Source: a virus. From it: a stretch of 64,000 bases of DNA. Positions 1-9,662 of this stretch are shown in pieces (position 1 is the stretch's first letter; every line of letters begins with the position of its first letter). The notes under the pieces are model-generated. The model saw nothing but the letters and a program-made list of their open reading frames with translations, ran no database searches and was not told where the DNA came from. The stretch is from the IMG/VR virus record IMGVR_UViG_3300017940_000554, positions 4,429-68,428 of that record; one strand, given 5' to 3'. The position numbers were made by a program, and so were the translations under genes.

Positions 1-181
1 GGAATTCAATCGTAGGGCCACCCAACAAGCCAGGCGTCAGCCATCCATTTGTTTGAAGTTGAAAACTCCAAACATTTTCGTTTTGGATCGCTTGCAAGGA
101 TTCATTGAGCTTTGTTTTCACAAGGCCAAGGTTGCACCCCGGAATGCCAAGCAGCTCCTGAATCATGTTGGTGAACGCCAC
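1..181 (-). CDS. virion structural protein, possibly head-tail adaptor (5' part only, runs off window)
   Basis: GTG start with AAGGAG SD; open to window edge (MAFTNMIQELLGIPG...VWSFQ); downstream of capsid genes. Confidence 0.5.
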   Translation of the reverse strand, partial: MAFTNMIQELLGIPGCNLGLVKTKLNESLQAIQNENVWSFQLQTNGWLTPGLLGGPTIEF

Positions 182-257
182 ATTCGCTCCTTACCAAAAG
201 CGGCCCCTGCAGATTGCTCCGCAAGAGCCGCTGATGTGCCTTCGGGAGAAGACTCCG

Positions 258-599
258 TTAGAACTGTCCTACAAAAGCAGCGATCTGGAAAGTCATTGTT
301 GAAAGATTCCCACTAGCCCGAGCGCCAGTTGACGCAACGTAATAGTAGAGATTCCATGTTTGCCGCGTTCCAGATCCAGAAGGGCCAACGATTGCATACG
401 TACTGCCATCCGTCGACATCACACCACCACACAATGCATCAATGTAGTAGTTCGGCAGCGCAAGCGTTACCGAATCAGCGGCACCAGCAACATAGGCTGT
501 TGGTCCCGTGCCAATGCCTACAAACAGCCCGCGCCGTCCAACAAATTCCGGATAGAGCGGACCAGCTCCCGTGCCTTTTCCAAGTGCTGTGAGAATCAT
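258..599 (-). CDS. putative virion structural protein
   Basis: ORF in head operon, GGAGGAG SD before MILTALGKG, Gly/Thr-rich. Confidence 0.6.
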   Translation of the reverse strand: MILTALGKGTGAGPLYPEFVGRRGLFVGIGTGPTAYVAGAADSVTLALPNYYIDALCGGVMSTDGSTYAIVGPSGSGTRQTWNLYYYVASTGARASGNLSTMTFQIAAFVGQF

Positions 600-630
600 G
601 ATCACTCCTCCGCGTGTTACCGCGGTTGTC

Positions 631-1242
631 TTACTCCTGGAATGCCGGAGCCGTCAGTTGGCAAACAACCAGAGTTGCTGCTACTGGTGTTTGTACAGCC
701 ACACCAACCATTGCGGGCGTTTCAGTCTGTGCGGTGAGATCATCAAGACCCGAACTGGTGATCGTCAAAATGTCGCCAATTTGGATCGTGCCCGAATTTT
801 GCAGAGGCGTCTTCAAGAGCACAGTTGCATCGCCCAATTCCTGCACAAAACCAAAATTGCCAGGTGTCACGGTGTTCAAAAAGACAGCTTTGCGCGGTGA
901 ATTCAGAGTCAAAGCTTTGTCGTAGCTCGTCACATTGTTGATCGGGCCAGCATAGTTCGAACTCGTCAAACTCTTGAACATCGCGATTGTGCCAGTAGCC
1001 ACATTGCCAGGAGTTGCACCCGAGTCAACCTGCACAAAGCGATAGCGCCCAGAAAGCAAGGTACCGACAGACGTGTTCGAAAGCGACTTTGCTTCTTCCC
1101 CTGTCAGATCGAAATAATCACCGATGTTGAGTCCGCCAGCAGCGAACGGCAGGCCAGTACGAACATCGGTGAGCGCCGTCGGCGAAGTAAAATTCGCTGA
1201 GTTGAGCGACAACCAAGTGGGTAGAATTTGCTGAAGCGGCAT
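631..1242 (-). CDS. putative capsid decoration/cement protein
   Basis: 203 aa, directly downstream of major capsid gene, beta-rich Thr/Gly composition, AAGGAG SD. Confidence 0.55.
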   Translation of the reverse strand: MPLQQILPTWLSLNSANFTSPTALTDVRTGLPFAAGGLNIGDYFDLTGEEAKSLSNTSVGTLLSGRYRFVQVDSGATPGNVATGTIAMFKSLTSSNYAGPINNVTSYDKALTLNSPRKAVFLNTVTPGNFGFVQELGDATVLLKTPLQNSGTIQIGDILTITSSGLDDLTAQTETPAMVGVAVQTPVAATLVVCQLTAPAFQE

Positions 1243-1324
1243 CTTGCTTCTCCTTCAAGTTGTACTGGCCCTCGTCGATTTCAGGGCGAATCCCTGAAGG
1301 CAGTTTCCTGCCTCCAGGGTGGCG

Positions 1325-2557
1325 TTATGCCGAGAATCCAAATGCGTAATCGTTATGGCGCGGCTGCACGTTGTAAAGGTTGGTTCCCAACCGCATGAAC
1401 AGCGCATCGATCGATACGTTGTTCGGCATCGGCGCACGGCGCAGACCAAAGTTCCAACCCTTCTTGTTGGTCGGTCGGATCTTAAAGCTCTCCGGCTCCA
1501 GGAAGTACAGAACTTCCGATGGCTGAATCGTTGTGGTCGAAGGCAATCCAGAGCCAGTCGGCGACGTACTTACTGCCACACCGTTCTTGTAGAACTGCGG
1601 AGTTGTAAACGAGATGGTTGCCGTGCTCGAACCTACGCCGTCCGCCAAGTTCGTATTACCCGCAGCGCCGTTGGCCGGTGCCAGTTCAATGTAGTTCTGT
1701 GCCTGGGCAGAAGGCGCCAGAGGATCGGCGTAAATATCCACACCGTTAAAGTTCAGGCCATCCCATTTGATGTCATGCTTCGTGTTTGAAATATCGCGGC
1801 GCTGCGCATCCAGAGCCACCGCCACGGCCTTGAAGCCGAACACATTGGTAATGCCCAGTGTCGGATTGCCACCGGCTACTTTGCACTGCGACCAAAGCTG
1901 CATCAAAGAGGCAAAATCAATCTGGCCAGTACCGCCCGCAGGCGTGCCCAGATAAAGCGGTGTAGTATTCAGCGCCGTGCCAATGTTGCCATTGCGGGCC
2001 TGTCCACCATAGTTGGTGTAGATATTGCCGTAGACGGACGGATCAATACCGTTGTTCAGCGCCTCATCCAGGCCATTGATCGCCTTGATGCGGTTATCGG
2101 TCACCGTGCTTGACGAGGGCTGTCCATGACGGAATGAATCCATCTCCTGCATGGTGTTCATGGTCATCACCATGCATTCCATGTAGAGCTGGTACTCGTC
2201 CACAATCTTCGACGGACCGGAGTTGATCACACCACCGGTGCCGGAACCGTCATCCATCTCCCAGTCATCCAGCGGATACCAAGTGGCATACGCCTTCGGC
2301 AGGAACTTGATGCCGGTGTTAATCTGCTGACGGGTCACGGTGACAGTCTGGCCGGGATTCACCGCGGCTCCCTGCGTGCGTCCGTAAAGGATGCCTTCCA
2401 TCATGCCTGCGCCACCAAGGAATTCATCCCATACACCGGCCCTGCGGAGCTTTGCCTGGAAGGGCGTGTCAACAAAAAGATTGTTAAACACGACGTTCTT
2501 CCGGACACTTTCCAAGTTCGACGCGTCGATTTCGTTATAGAGCGGATCGGTTGGCAC
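1325..2557 (-). CDS. major capsid protein
   Basis: 410 aa, GTG start, follows portal and scaffold; size and position typical of HK97-fold capsid genes. Confidence 0.8.
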   Translation of the reverse strand: MPTDPLYNEIDASNLESVRKNVVFNNLFVDTPFQAKLRRAGVWDEFLGGAGMMEGILYGRTQGAAVNPGQTVTVTRQQINTGIKFLPKAYATWYPLDDWEMDDGSGTGGVINSGPSKIVDEYQLYMECMVMTMNTMQEMDSFRHGQPSSSTVTDNRIKAINGLDEALNNGIDPSVYGNIYTNYGGQARNGNIGTALNTTPLYLGTPAGGTGQIDFASLMQLWSQCKVAGGNPTLGITNVFGFKAVAVALDAQRRDISNTKHDIKWDGLNFNGVDIYADPLAPSAQAQNYIELAPANGAAGNTNLADGVGSSTATISFTTPQFYKNGVAVSTSPTGSGLPSTTTIQPSEVLYFLEPESFKIRPTNKKGWNFGLRRAPMPNNVSIDALFMRLGTNLYNVQPRHNDYAFGFSA

Positions 2558-2565
2558 TTGTCACC

Positions 2566-2646
2566 TTCTTGGGATTGAAATAGAAATGGCTCAAGCCATT
2601 TCTGGTCTTGAGCCATTGCTGATTCCCAAGAGGGGGGCATGCGTCT
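2566..2646 (-). promoter_or_regulatory. structured leader RNA copy 1 (5' UTR of capsid gene)
   Basis: AATGGCTCAAG/CTTGAGCCATT stem with CCA-GAAA-TGG cap; outer CTTGGGA/TCCCAAG stem abuts the SD; repeated at ~4180 and ~9500. Confidence 0.7.
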
Positions 2647-2677
2647 CGACGAAACTCGATATGGGCAATTTCGGAAG

Positions 2678-3673
2678 TTAAGCGACTGCCTGTTCCGAAA
2701 TTTCATGCTTAATCGCCACCGAAGTTGCTTGGCGGCGTTGCTGCTCGTTCAAATTCAACGGATCGGGCCGTTCATTGGCTTTTACTGCACGCGCCACATC
2801 TGCAAATCGCGATGGCTGTGCAATCCGGACATCTGGATTCGAACCAATCTTTTCAGCCCACTTCCGATCCGTTTCTTCAATAGCTTTCTGCCGCGCTGTT
2901 TCCGCTTCAGCAAGTTTCTGCTCATACGGTGCAGCGGCTTCAGCGCGAATCTTCGCGTCATGCTCTTCCTGCGTCTTGCGAACCAATTCCTGTTCGCGCG
3001 CTTGGAAGTTGAAGCGCTTCTCTGCATAAGCGGCCGGATCAAGCCGCTGAGCTTCGGCTTCTTTCACCAGCTGAGTCGGCGAAATCGGCAATGGTTCATT
3101 GAACAGTCGCTGATACTTCCACTGAATATCGGTCAGTGTGCCAAGCGTGCCGCCCAGTCCATTGCGAATATCTTCCATCGTAAAAGTAGGACTCCCTGGT
3201 GTACTGCCTGGTGCAGCCGCTACATAGCGCCCTTGCTGGTCTCTTGGCTGTACGCCACTTGCTTGAGGCTGAAATGCAGGAGCTTCAGACGGAATAAATC
3301 CAGCCGCTTTCGCACCTTCCAACTGCGTTCTGTAAAAAGCCAGTTCGGCATCCTTCTGCACTTTTTCGTTGCCCCAGTTATTCAGTGCAGGCGCAATCTC
3401 GTTTGCATAGAACTGTTCATTTGAGCGTTTTGCCAGTTCAGCAGCTTCTTTGGCCGCTGCAATCGCTTGGCGTTCCTGTTCAATTTCTCCCTGCGTCTTT
3501 TGAACAGTCTGTCGTTCTTGTTCAGCTTTTGCTACTGCTTCCTGTGCCGCTTGGCGTTCCTGTTCCGCAGTCGTCAAAACACCAGTAAACGCAGTAATCG
3601 CCTTCGCATCAAGCGTTGCAATCTGCTCATCAGTCAAACCGGATTGCTTCAAAATTTCATGAACCGTCGGCAT
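2678..3673 (-). CDS. capsid scaffolding protein
   Basis: 331 aa coiled-coil, Ala/Glu/Gln-rich, immediately upstream of capsid gene. Confidence 0.65.
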   Translation of the reverse strand: MPTVHEILKQSGLTDEQIATLDAKAITAFTGVLTTAEQERQAAQEAVAKAEQERQTVQKTQGEIEQERQAIAAAKEAAELAKRSNEQFYANEIAPALNNWGNEKVQKDAELAFYRTQLEGAKAAGFIPSEAPAFQPQASGVQPRDQQGRYVAAAPGSTPGSPTFTMEDIRNGLGGTLGTLTDIQWKYQRLFNEPLPISPTQLVKEAEAQRLDPAAYAEKRFNFQAREQELVRKTQEEHDAKIRAEAAAPYEQKLAEAETARQKAIEETDRKWAEKIGSNPDVRIAQPSRFADVARAVKANERPDPLNLNEQQRRQATSVAIKHEISEQAVA

Positions 3674-3694
3674 TTTACATGTTCTCCCGAAGCA

Positions 3695-4009
3695 TTAATA
3701 TTGCGGTTGCTGTCCCATAGGCGTCGGCTGTGCAGGTGTCACCAAAGCTGTTTGCATCTCTTGAATGCCTTGCGATACTTTTTCTGCACCTGAAGCCAAA
3801 CGCGGATCTGCGGCAGCCATCTGTTTGGCTGTCTGAAACCAACGTGCAAGCAGCATTTGCAAAGGATTGGCAGGAGCCTGCGAAGGTGCACCCTGCTGGG
3901 GTGCTGCGCCTTGATCGGGCGGCGGCGCACCCTGAGGCGGTGCTCCACCCTGTGGAGGTGCTGCACCTTGGTCTTGCTGGTCCGGCATAGGTTGTGGAGT
4001 TGTAGCCAT
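3695..4009 (-). CDS. hypothetical Pro/Gln-rich protein
   Basis: 104 aa ORF with GGGAG SD in head operon. Confidence 0.6.
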   Translation of the reverse strand: MATTPQPMPDQQDQGAAPPQGGAPPQGAPPPDQGAAPQQGAPSQAPANPLQMLLARWFQTAKQMAAADPRLASGAEKVSQGIQEMQTALVTPAQPTPMGQQPQY

Positions 4010-4066
4010 TGGGTCTCCCTAAGTTAGGTTCCCAACGGCAGCATAGCTACCGTTGGGAACAGATAG

Positions 4067-4171
4067 CTACGCCTTGATGCTGCTCTTCTTGCTGCGGGCC
4101 TTGCGATGTCCCTTGCGACCCTTCTTCAGGTGGCTGGTCTTCATTGCGCTAACACGATGACGCTTTGCCAT
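4067..4171 (-). CDS. small highly basic peptide (34 aa; not in ORF track)
   Basis: MAKRHRVSAMKTSHLKKGRKGHRKARSKKSSIKA, AAGGAG SD, preceded by structured leader copy 2. Confidence 0.65.
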   Translation of the reverse strand: MAKRHRVSAMKTSHLKKGRKGHRKARSKKSSIKA

Positions 4172-4179
4172 GACGTTTC

Positions 4180-4261
4180 TCCTTGGGATTGAAATAGAAA
4201 TGGCTCAAGAGCCATTTCTGGTCTTGAGCCATTGCTGATTCCCCAAGGAGGGGGGGCATGC
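4180..4261 (-). promoter_or_regulatory. structured leader RNA copy 2
   Basis: Near-identical to 2566-2646; upstream TTGACT-17-TATAGC promoter-like sequence (4282-4310). Confidence 0.7.
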
Positions 4262-4319
4262 CGCTCAGTGATTCTTTTAGAGCTATAGGCCGAATCTTTT
4301 TTCGAGTCAAGAGTTATTT

Positions 4320-4559
4320 TTACAAAACTTTTTCGCCGATATCAAGTGCAGGTCGAATTTCTGCCGCTTGCGCATCAGAAATCTTGGTGCGTTGCTCAAT
4401 ATTGACGCCTTGCACAGAGCCTTGGTTGTATTGAATCACCATTTTTCCTGTTGTTTTTGTCACTTTCAGAATTTCATTCAGTTGTTCCACATCCACAGGC
4501 AATTCAATGCTTGCTTCCGTCAAGTAATAGTCTTTCTGAATCTTGATCTTTGGCTCCAT
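4320..4559 (-). CDS. hypothetical protein
   Basis: 79 aa ORF with GGGAG SD directly after portal. Confidence 0.55.
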   Translation of the reverse strand: MEPKIKIQKDYYLTEASIELPVDVEQLNEILKVTKTTGKMVIQYNQGSVQGVNIEQRTKISDAQAAEIRPALDIGEKVL

Positions 4560-4575
4560 GCTCTTCTCCCTTTTT

Positions 4576-6648
4576 CTACGATTCTGTTACCACGGTCCGC
4601 GGTTCTCCACCTTGTGCGCCTTTTTGTTTAATGCGTGGCGCTTTTGCTCCTGAAGATGGCCGTCCGCCGCCACCACCTTTTCCGCCGCCTTTTCCTTTAC
4701 CACCGCCTCCACCGCCTTCGCCTCCTGGTGGTTGCAATCCCAGTTGCTGCATCAACTGTTGCGCTGCGGCTGCAGCCAGAATCTTCAATTTCTGCGTTTC
4801 CAACTCTTCGTTAAACCATTTCTCGTGTTCCGTATTTCCTGCAATTTCGCCGTAATTTGGAATATCCAGATTTTTCATTACGGTGCACCAGGAAATCGGC
4901 GCTCCCCCACGCTTCAACTGCAACATCATTAATTGACGCTGCATCTGTGTCACCTTCAGCAATGTGCTTGGCACTGAAGTAAGTCGAATTTGCTTCGCAA
5001 ACCACCGTGCACGGGTTAATTGATCATAGCGAGACGGACCCGACGGAAAATTACCACCCACCATTTCATCCGGCATATGGCTCGGCACCAAATCGTCCGG
5101 ATTGTAGTCAAAAACTTCACGCGCAATGTTATCTGGTCCTACATACTCCATGATTCGTTTCACATTGAACCATTGCAGAATCAGAAACTTCATCCGGTAT
5201 CCAACTGCCTTGTTCGCTTTTTCAATGCGGGCGGCAATTCCCTTCGCAATCGGACCAATCGATTCCAGCATCTTGTCCGCTGTATCATTGGCAATATTCA
5301 TCTTCACGTTTTGCAAATTGCCAAGGTCTGTCAGTCCAAGCTGGGCCTGTTTGGCTTCCTTCAAATACTTCAAAAACGTAAAATGCTCTGATCGAACGTT
5401 TACGCCTTCCGGCAAAAGCGATTGCAAAATGTCTTTCGGTTTTCCATCCACACCATAGCGAACATCTTGTTCAAAAATGTCAAAATGCTCAATCTTTGCG
5501 CCACCCGTAGCTGTGTGGTCATAGCCAATCGGCGGATTCAAGGTAATCGTAATTACGTCATCAATCTTGCGTTCAATCTTCCGCGTTGTAGTTTCAATCG
5601 AAGAAACATCACCTACCAAAGACCGTCCCAGCGGTTCCCAGGCCCAATCGTCTACGGTGTACTGAATCACCGGAATCTTTCCGTCCCAATCAAAGGTTGG
5701 CCCGTCATACATCGGTCGATCCAACCCTGTTGAGGTAATAATGAGCCGCAAGTTCGGATACACGCGGCAATCTTCCACAGTCGCCGGACGCATATACGGA
5801 AGTCCATTGCGCATTCCGCCAAAGATATCTTGGCCAACCGTAGGCACTTTATAAAACCAGCTTGTGTTCGGATCGCCCATCGGCAATTCGTAGCCCGTAT
5901 TATTGATGCGCAGATCGCGCACAAAGGTATAACGGATTTCCGTATAGAGATTGCCGAAGTTTCTTCCCTCTTCTCCATAGCGATAGCGCTCGGCATAATC
6001 CATACGCCGGGCTTGCACGCGTGTCTTATAACTTCGCGGCCCCACAGTCTGCAAGTGACCCTGGAAAAGCGGAAAACGCCCATGCGCTTCTGCAATCGGC
6101 ATGTAGTCGTATACAGTTACGGCATAGGCATCCTGCACATCGTTGCTTCTTGGCATCTGCACAGGAATTACATCCAAAAGTCCAAGCGCATCAAACACCA
6201 TCTTGCGTTCGCCATAGCCGTATTCATCCGCGCGCACTTTCGGCCATAAATAGCCAATGCCCATCACTGCGGCATACTGCAAAACTTTTAAAATTTGGAA
6301 CGGAAAATCAGATTCCAGATAAACGGCCTTTGATACTTTCGTCAGCATCTCCGCCATTTGTTTATAAGCCGAAATATCCGATCCAAAACCAGCAATTTCA
6401 CGCACTTCCGCCAACGTTTCGCAGAATTTTCTGATGTCGTATTTCAGCTCGTTGGTAACCAGATTCGAACGCGATTTATCCCGGAAAATCGCATCAAAAA
6501 CACGCAAATTTGTGCCTAGATTTTTGTAACAAGACTGCCCTTCAAGGAAGCCTTCTCCTTCCTCGATCTGCTCTTCAATCCAACCGATTCGTGCACTCGG
6601 CGTACTTTCAAATTTCGGTACTTGCCACGCAATAGTTTCCAGTTCCAC
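4576..6648 (-). CDS. portal protein (P22-like size)
   Basis: 690 aa between terminase and scaffold/capsid; Gln/Gly-rich C-terminal tail typical of podovirus-type portals. Confidence 0.75.
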   Translation of the reverse strand: MELETIAWQVPKFESTPSARIGWIEEQIEEGEGFLEGQSCYKNLGTNLRVFDAIFRDKSRSNLVTNELKYDIRKFCETLAEVREIAGFGSDISAYKQMAEMLTKVSKAVYLESDFPFQILKVLQYAAVMGIGYLWPKVRADEYGYGERKMVFDALGLLDVIPVQMPRSNDVQDAYAVTVYDYMPIAEAHGRFPLFQGHLQTVGPRSYKTRVQARRMDYAERYRYGEEGRNFGNLYTEIRYTFVRDLRINNTGYELPMGDPNTSWFYKVPTVGQDIFGGMRNGLPYMRPATVEDCRVYPNLRLIITSTGLDRPMYDGPTFDWDGKIPVIQYTVDDWAWEPLGRSLVGDVSSIETTTRKIERKIDDVITITLNPPIGYDHTATGGAKIEHFDIFEQDVRYGVDGKPKDILQSLLPEGVNVRSEHFTFLKYLKEAKQAQLGLTDLGNLQNVKMNIANDTADKMLESIGPIAKGIAARIEKANKAVGYRMKFLILQWFNVKRIMEYVGPDNIAREVFDYNPDDLVPSHMPDEMVGGNFPSGPSRYDQLTRARWFAKQIRLTSVPSTLLKVTQMQRQLMMLQLKRGGAPISWCTVMKNLDIPNYGEIAGNTEHEKWFNEELETQKLKILAAAAAQQLMQQLGLQPPGGEGGGGGGKGKGGGKGGGGGRPSSGAKAPRIKQKGAQGGEPRTVVTES

Positions 6649-6802
6649 GTGGTACCTATTTCTTTTTCATTGAAATCCTGAACTATGAGCGCATAGTAGG
6701 CGAAACTTGTTTTACCGTCTATGCCAATTTCTTTTCATCTCATTCCATAAATCCAATAAGTTCAGTTAGAACATAAACGTGTCCATTGAACGATTACATA
6801 CA

Positions 6803-7228
6803 TCAATGTCCATGCTCATAGCCCTCCGCATGAAGATAACTTTCGCGCTTCCATTTCCACTTAGCTTGCCGCTGATCATAAAGTTCAAGATGGCGCTGCA
6901 AAAACTCGCGATTCTTCCAGTCACGCGCTTTAGCAATCTGCGCATGGATGTGGCCACGCAAGTTGCGCACTAATTCAGCTTCGATATATTCGCGATTTTC
7001 GTCTTCCATCGCTTCGCGCTCGGCTTCCTGTTCGCGCATGCGTTGTGAAAGCCGCTCGGCATCGTGCGCGGTATTGCACACAATCTTTTCGTAGAAAGTT
7101 GGTGCCGGATATTCTTCAGGCAATCCCATCACAAGCTGACCATTCGTGGTATTCAGCCAAAAAACAATTTTGCGACTCAATTGCGCGTTCAATCGAATAC
7201 TCCTACTGAAACCATGTTGAGTGAGCAA
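6803..7228 (-). CDS. hypothetical protein
   Basis: ORF between terminase and portal. Confidence 0.55.
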   Translation of the reverse strand: MLTQHGFSRSIRLNAQLSRKIVFWLNTTNGQLVMGLPEEYPAPTFYEKIVCNTAHDAERLSQRMREQEAEREAMEDENREYIEAELVRNLRGHIHAQIAKARDWKNREFLQRHLELYDQRQAKWKWKRESYLHAEGYEHGH

Positions 7229-9336
7229 ACTGCTTTGCTCAACGGAGGCATCTTTTCTTGCGGCAATGCATAACGTTTTTGTGACCGTTCAGCAAGAATG
7301 TCAAAGTCGTGCGCGGTAAAGAAGGATTGCGCCGCCGCTCGCACGCGATCATCGTGCTGACCGCTGCGATGCGTCATCTTGCTTTTGCCAGCCGCTTCAT
7401 GTCGTTCCAAAGTTTTCAGTTCTTCAATCAGCCACTTCGATGCCGGTCGATACCAGCCGCCATTCACAGCTTCTGTAAAACGCGTCATCAAAATCGGCAC
7501 GCTCCACACATTCGAGTACCATCCCTGCTTTTTCCCGGATTCATCCTTGATCTTTTTGCTGTCGTAGCGGCGTGGAATGTGATGCCAATGAAAGCCCATC
7601 AGCTTCAGCTGGTGCTGGCATGTATCGCCAGGTCGCGTAATCTGCTCCACACAAAATTTCACGCCTCGCGCATCGTGCGCATGCTGGCCATACCACGCGG
7701 CCATGCAAGCTGCAAAGCCCACTACTTGCGCAGAGTTGATGCGGTTCGATACCAGCTCGGCCACTTGATAGTCGTATTCATCCCCAAACCGATTGCGCGT
7801 CATCGATACGCAAGTACGGTCTTCATCCTCTTTGCCCAAACCATCCGCAGTATCAATACCGCAGCTATACGTGTAACCCTGTTTTGGTTCTTCATAAACC
7901 AGCAACTTATCAAAAGTTTCAGATTCCACGTCTTCGTCTACAGGCAAAAGCGGAACCAGAATCCAGTCAAAATATTGGCCTCTATCCGATTTCCAGTTCA
8001 CGCGAATATGCGGTTTGTCATAATCGACAATCGTTTCATTGGGTTCAAAACCTTCATCGATGGAATCGCCCGTAATCGCATAAGCCTGCACCGGCTTTTT
8101 TCTTTCTTTAGAATCGCTGCGCACTTCATAAATGTGATCTTCAATCTCCTGGATCACATCAGGTTCAAACACGCTGTCATACAAGCCCGTCAAGGCTTCA
8201 AAATCATCCGCTGGCATCTGTGCCAGCCAGATTTTTTGACTATGGTTCTTGCAGGATTTGTCGTAGTTGAACTGCCAAAACCATTGCTGTTCGAGCGGCA
8301 TTCGCCAGTTGGTGCCAACTACGCGAGATAAAAACGGCGTATTGCGAACAAACAATTCTGCGCGAGCTACATGTTTCCGTGTCGCTTCAAGACGCTTTTC
8401 ATAAAAACGTTCTGGCACCGGAAATTGACTGATCCAATCCTTTTCCGGATACAGATCCGTTGCCATCGGCCAAGGAATGAACACCAGACAAAGATCATGC
8501 AACCCTTTCGGAAAGTCTTCTTTGGCCGCACGCCATGTTTCAGCCAACCATCCGGTATTGCCGCCACCCGTGCCTTCAAACACCATGAAGAGGTTTTTCG
8601 TGCTGTGCGTTGCACGCAGCAGTCCCTCTTCAATCACTTTTTTGGGCTTCGGAATGTCAGCAAGTTCCGATACATGAATGCAGGTCGGCGTCCAGCCTTG
8701 CGCGATGCCGGTTGCCTGCATACCCGATTGAATCGAAAGAACCGATCCATTATCGAAGGCACCCTTGGGCAAACGCCGTGGCACCAGCCACCAAGGGCAG
8801 CGATTGTAGGCAATATCCAGAATGCGGCCGATCAACTCAGACTTATCTGCCTGCACAGAAGCCATCACGGCCTGCGTGTGTGGAATAAACAGCATTCTGT
8901 GAAGGAATTTCAGAGCGGTTTTTGTGGTGATGCCAACCTGCCGCGCTTTCAAAATCAGCAAACGAATAGCAACTTGCCGTTCGTCAAAGTCTGCAATCAC
9001 AGAATCGAAAATCTCCTGCGATTTGCGATTTCTGAATTTGAAGATCTCACCGCCTTCATTGCACACAAATCCATAGCGGCTTTCAAAATAGTCGCTATTT
9101 AAAGCGCAAAGAGCTTGCTCATTCTCAATCCAGCGCCAGATTTCCTTTTGTCGTTTCTGAGTGATCGCACGAACAAGCGTGATATAGGAAGAGCGGGAGT
9201 TTGTTTCAATTTTTACGAGAGAGTCGATGTAATGTTTAAATTCATCAACCTGATCAAGCGTATGAGGAGTAGGCATCCACCCCTCACGCGCGGCAAATTC
9301 ATCCAAGTTACGGAGAATAATCTTTTCGGAGTACAT
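7189..9336 (-). CDS. terL: terminase large subunit
   Basis: Walker A LKARQVGITT, Walker B IHVSE, RNase H-like GIDTADG and HDDRV. Confidence 0.88.
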   Translation of the reverse strand: MYSEKIILRNLDEFAAREGWMPTPHTLDQVDEFKHYIDSLVKIETNSRSSYITLVRAITQKRQKEIWRWIENEQALCALNSDYFESRYGFVCNEGGEIFKFRNRKSQEIFDSVIADFDERQVAIRLLILKARQVGITTKTALKFLHRMLFIPHTQAVMASVQADKSELIGRILDIAYNRCPWWLVPRRLPKGAFDNGSVLSIQSGMQATGIAQGWTPTCIHVSELADIPKPKKVIEEGLLRATHSTKNLFMVFEGTGGGNTGWLAETWRAAKEDFPKGLHDLCLVFIPWPMATDLYPEKDWISQFPVPERFYEKRLEATRKHVARAELFVRNTPFLSRVVGTNWRMPLEQQWFWQFNYDKSCKNHSQKIWLAQMPADDFEALTGLYDSVFEPDVIQEIEDHIYEVRSDSKERKKPVQAYAITGDSIDEGFEPNETIVDYDKPHIRVNWKSDRGQYFDWILVPLLPVDEDVESETFDKLLVYEEPKQGYTYSCGIDTADGLGKEDEDRTCVSMTRNRFGDEYDYQVAELVSNRINSAQVVGFAACMAAWYGQHAHDARGVKFCVEQITRPGDTCQHQLKLMGFHWHHIPRRYDSKKIKDESGKKQGWYSNVWSVPILMTRFTEAVNGGWYRPASKWLIEELKTLERHEAAGKSKMTHRSGQHDDRVRAAAQSFFTAHDFDILAERSQKRYALPQEKMPPLSKAVCSLNMVSVGVFD

Positions 9337-9347
9337 CGCCCTCCGAG

Positions 9348-9461
9348 CTAGCCTTTGACAGCAGTCGTCTTGGCAGCTCTCTTACCGAGCTTGTTCACCC
9401 GCGGCGTCATCTTTTTCAGTTGCACCAGCGTGGTCTTGGTAACGCGCTTCGTTTTTGCCAT
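9348..9461 (-). CDS. small highly basic peptide (37 aa)
   Basis: MAKTKRVTKTTLVQLKKMTPRVNKLGKRAAKTTAVKG, AAGGAGG SD, follows leader copy 3. Confidence 0.6.
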   Translation of the reverse strand: MAKTKRVTKTTLVQLKKMTPRVNKLGKRAAKTTAVKG

Positions 9462-9469
9462 GACTTCCT

Positions 9470-9571
9470 CCTTGGAACGGAATCTATTGCGATGGACTGG
9501 AAACAGAAATGGCTCAGGCCATCTCTGGTCCTGAGCCATTGCTTGTTCCCGTAGAGGGGGGCATGCGTCTC
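9470..9571 (-). promoter_or_regulatory. structured leader RNA copy 3
   Basis: Compensatory stem AATGGCTCAGG/CCTGAGCCATT, GAGA tetraloop; upstream TTGACA-17-TACATG. Confidence 0.65.
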
Positions 9572-9662
9572 GGTAATTCTTTTTACATGTATTCCGAATC
9601 GAAGTACGTGTCAAGCCTAACTTATGCGGCAAAATGAACCATAAAAAATTCCTTTGATCACG

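Noticed and set aside
7309-9102. Long + strand ORFs opposite the terminase
   Set aside because: Antisense shadows with no recognisable motifs
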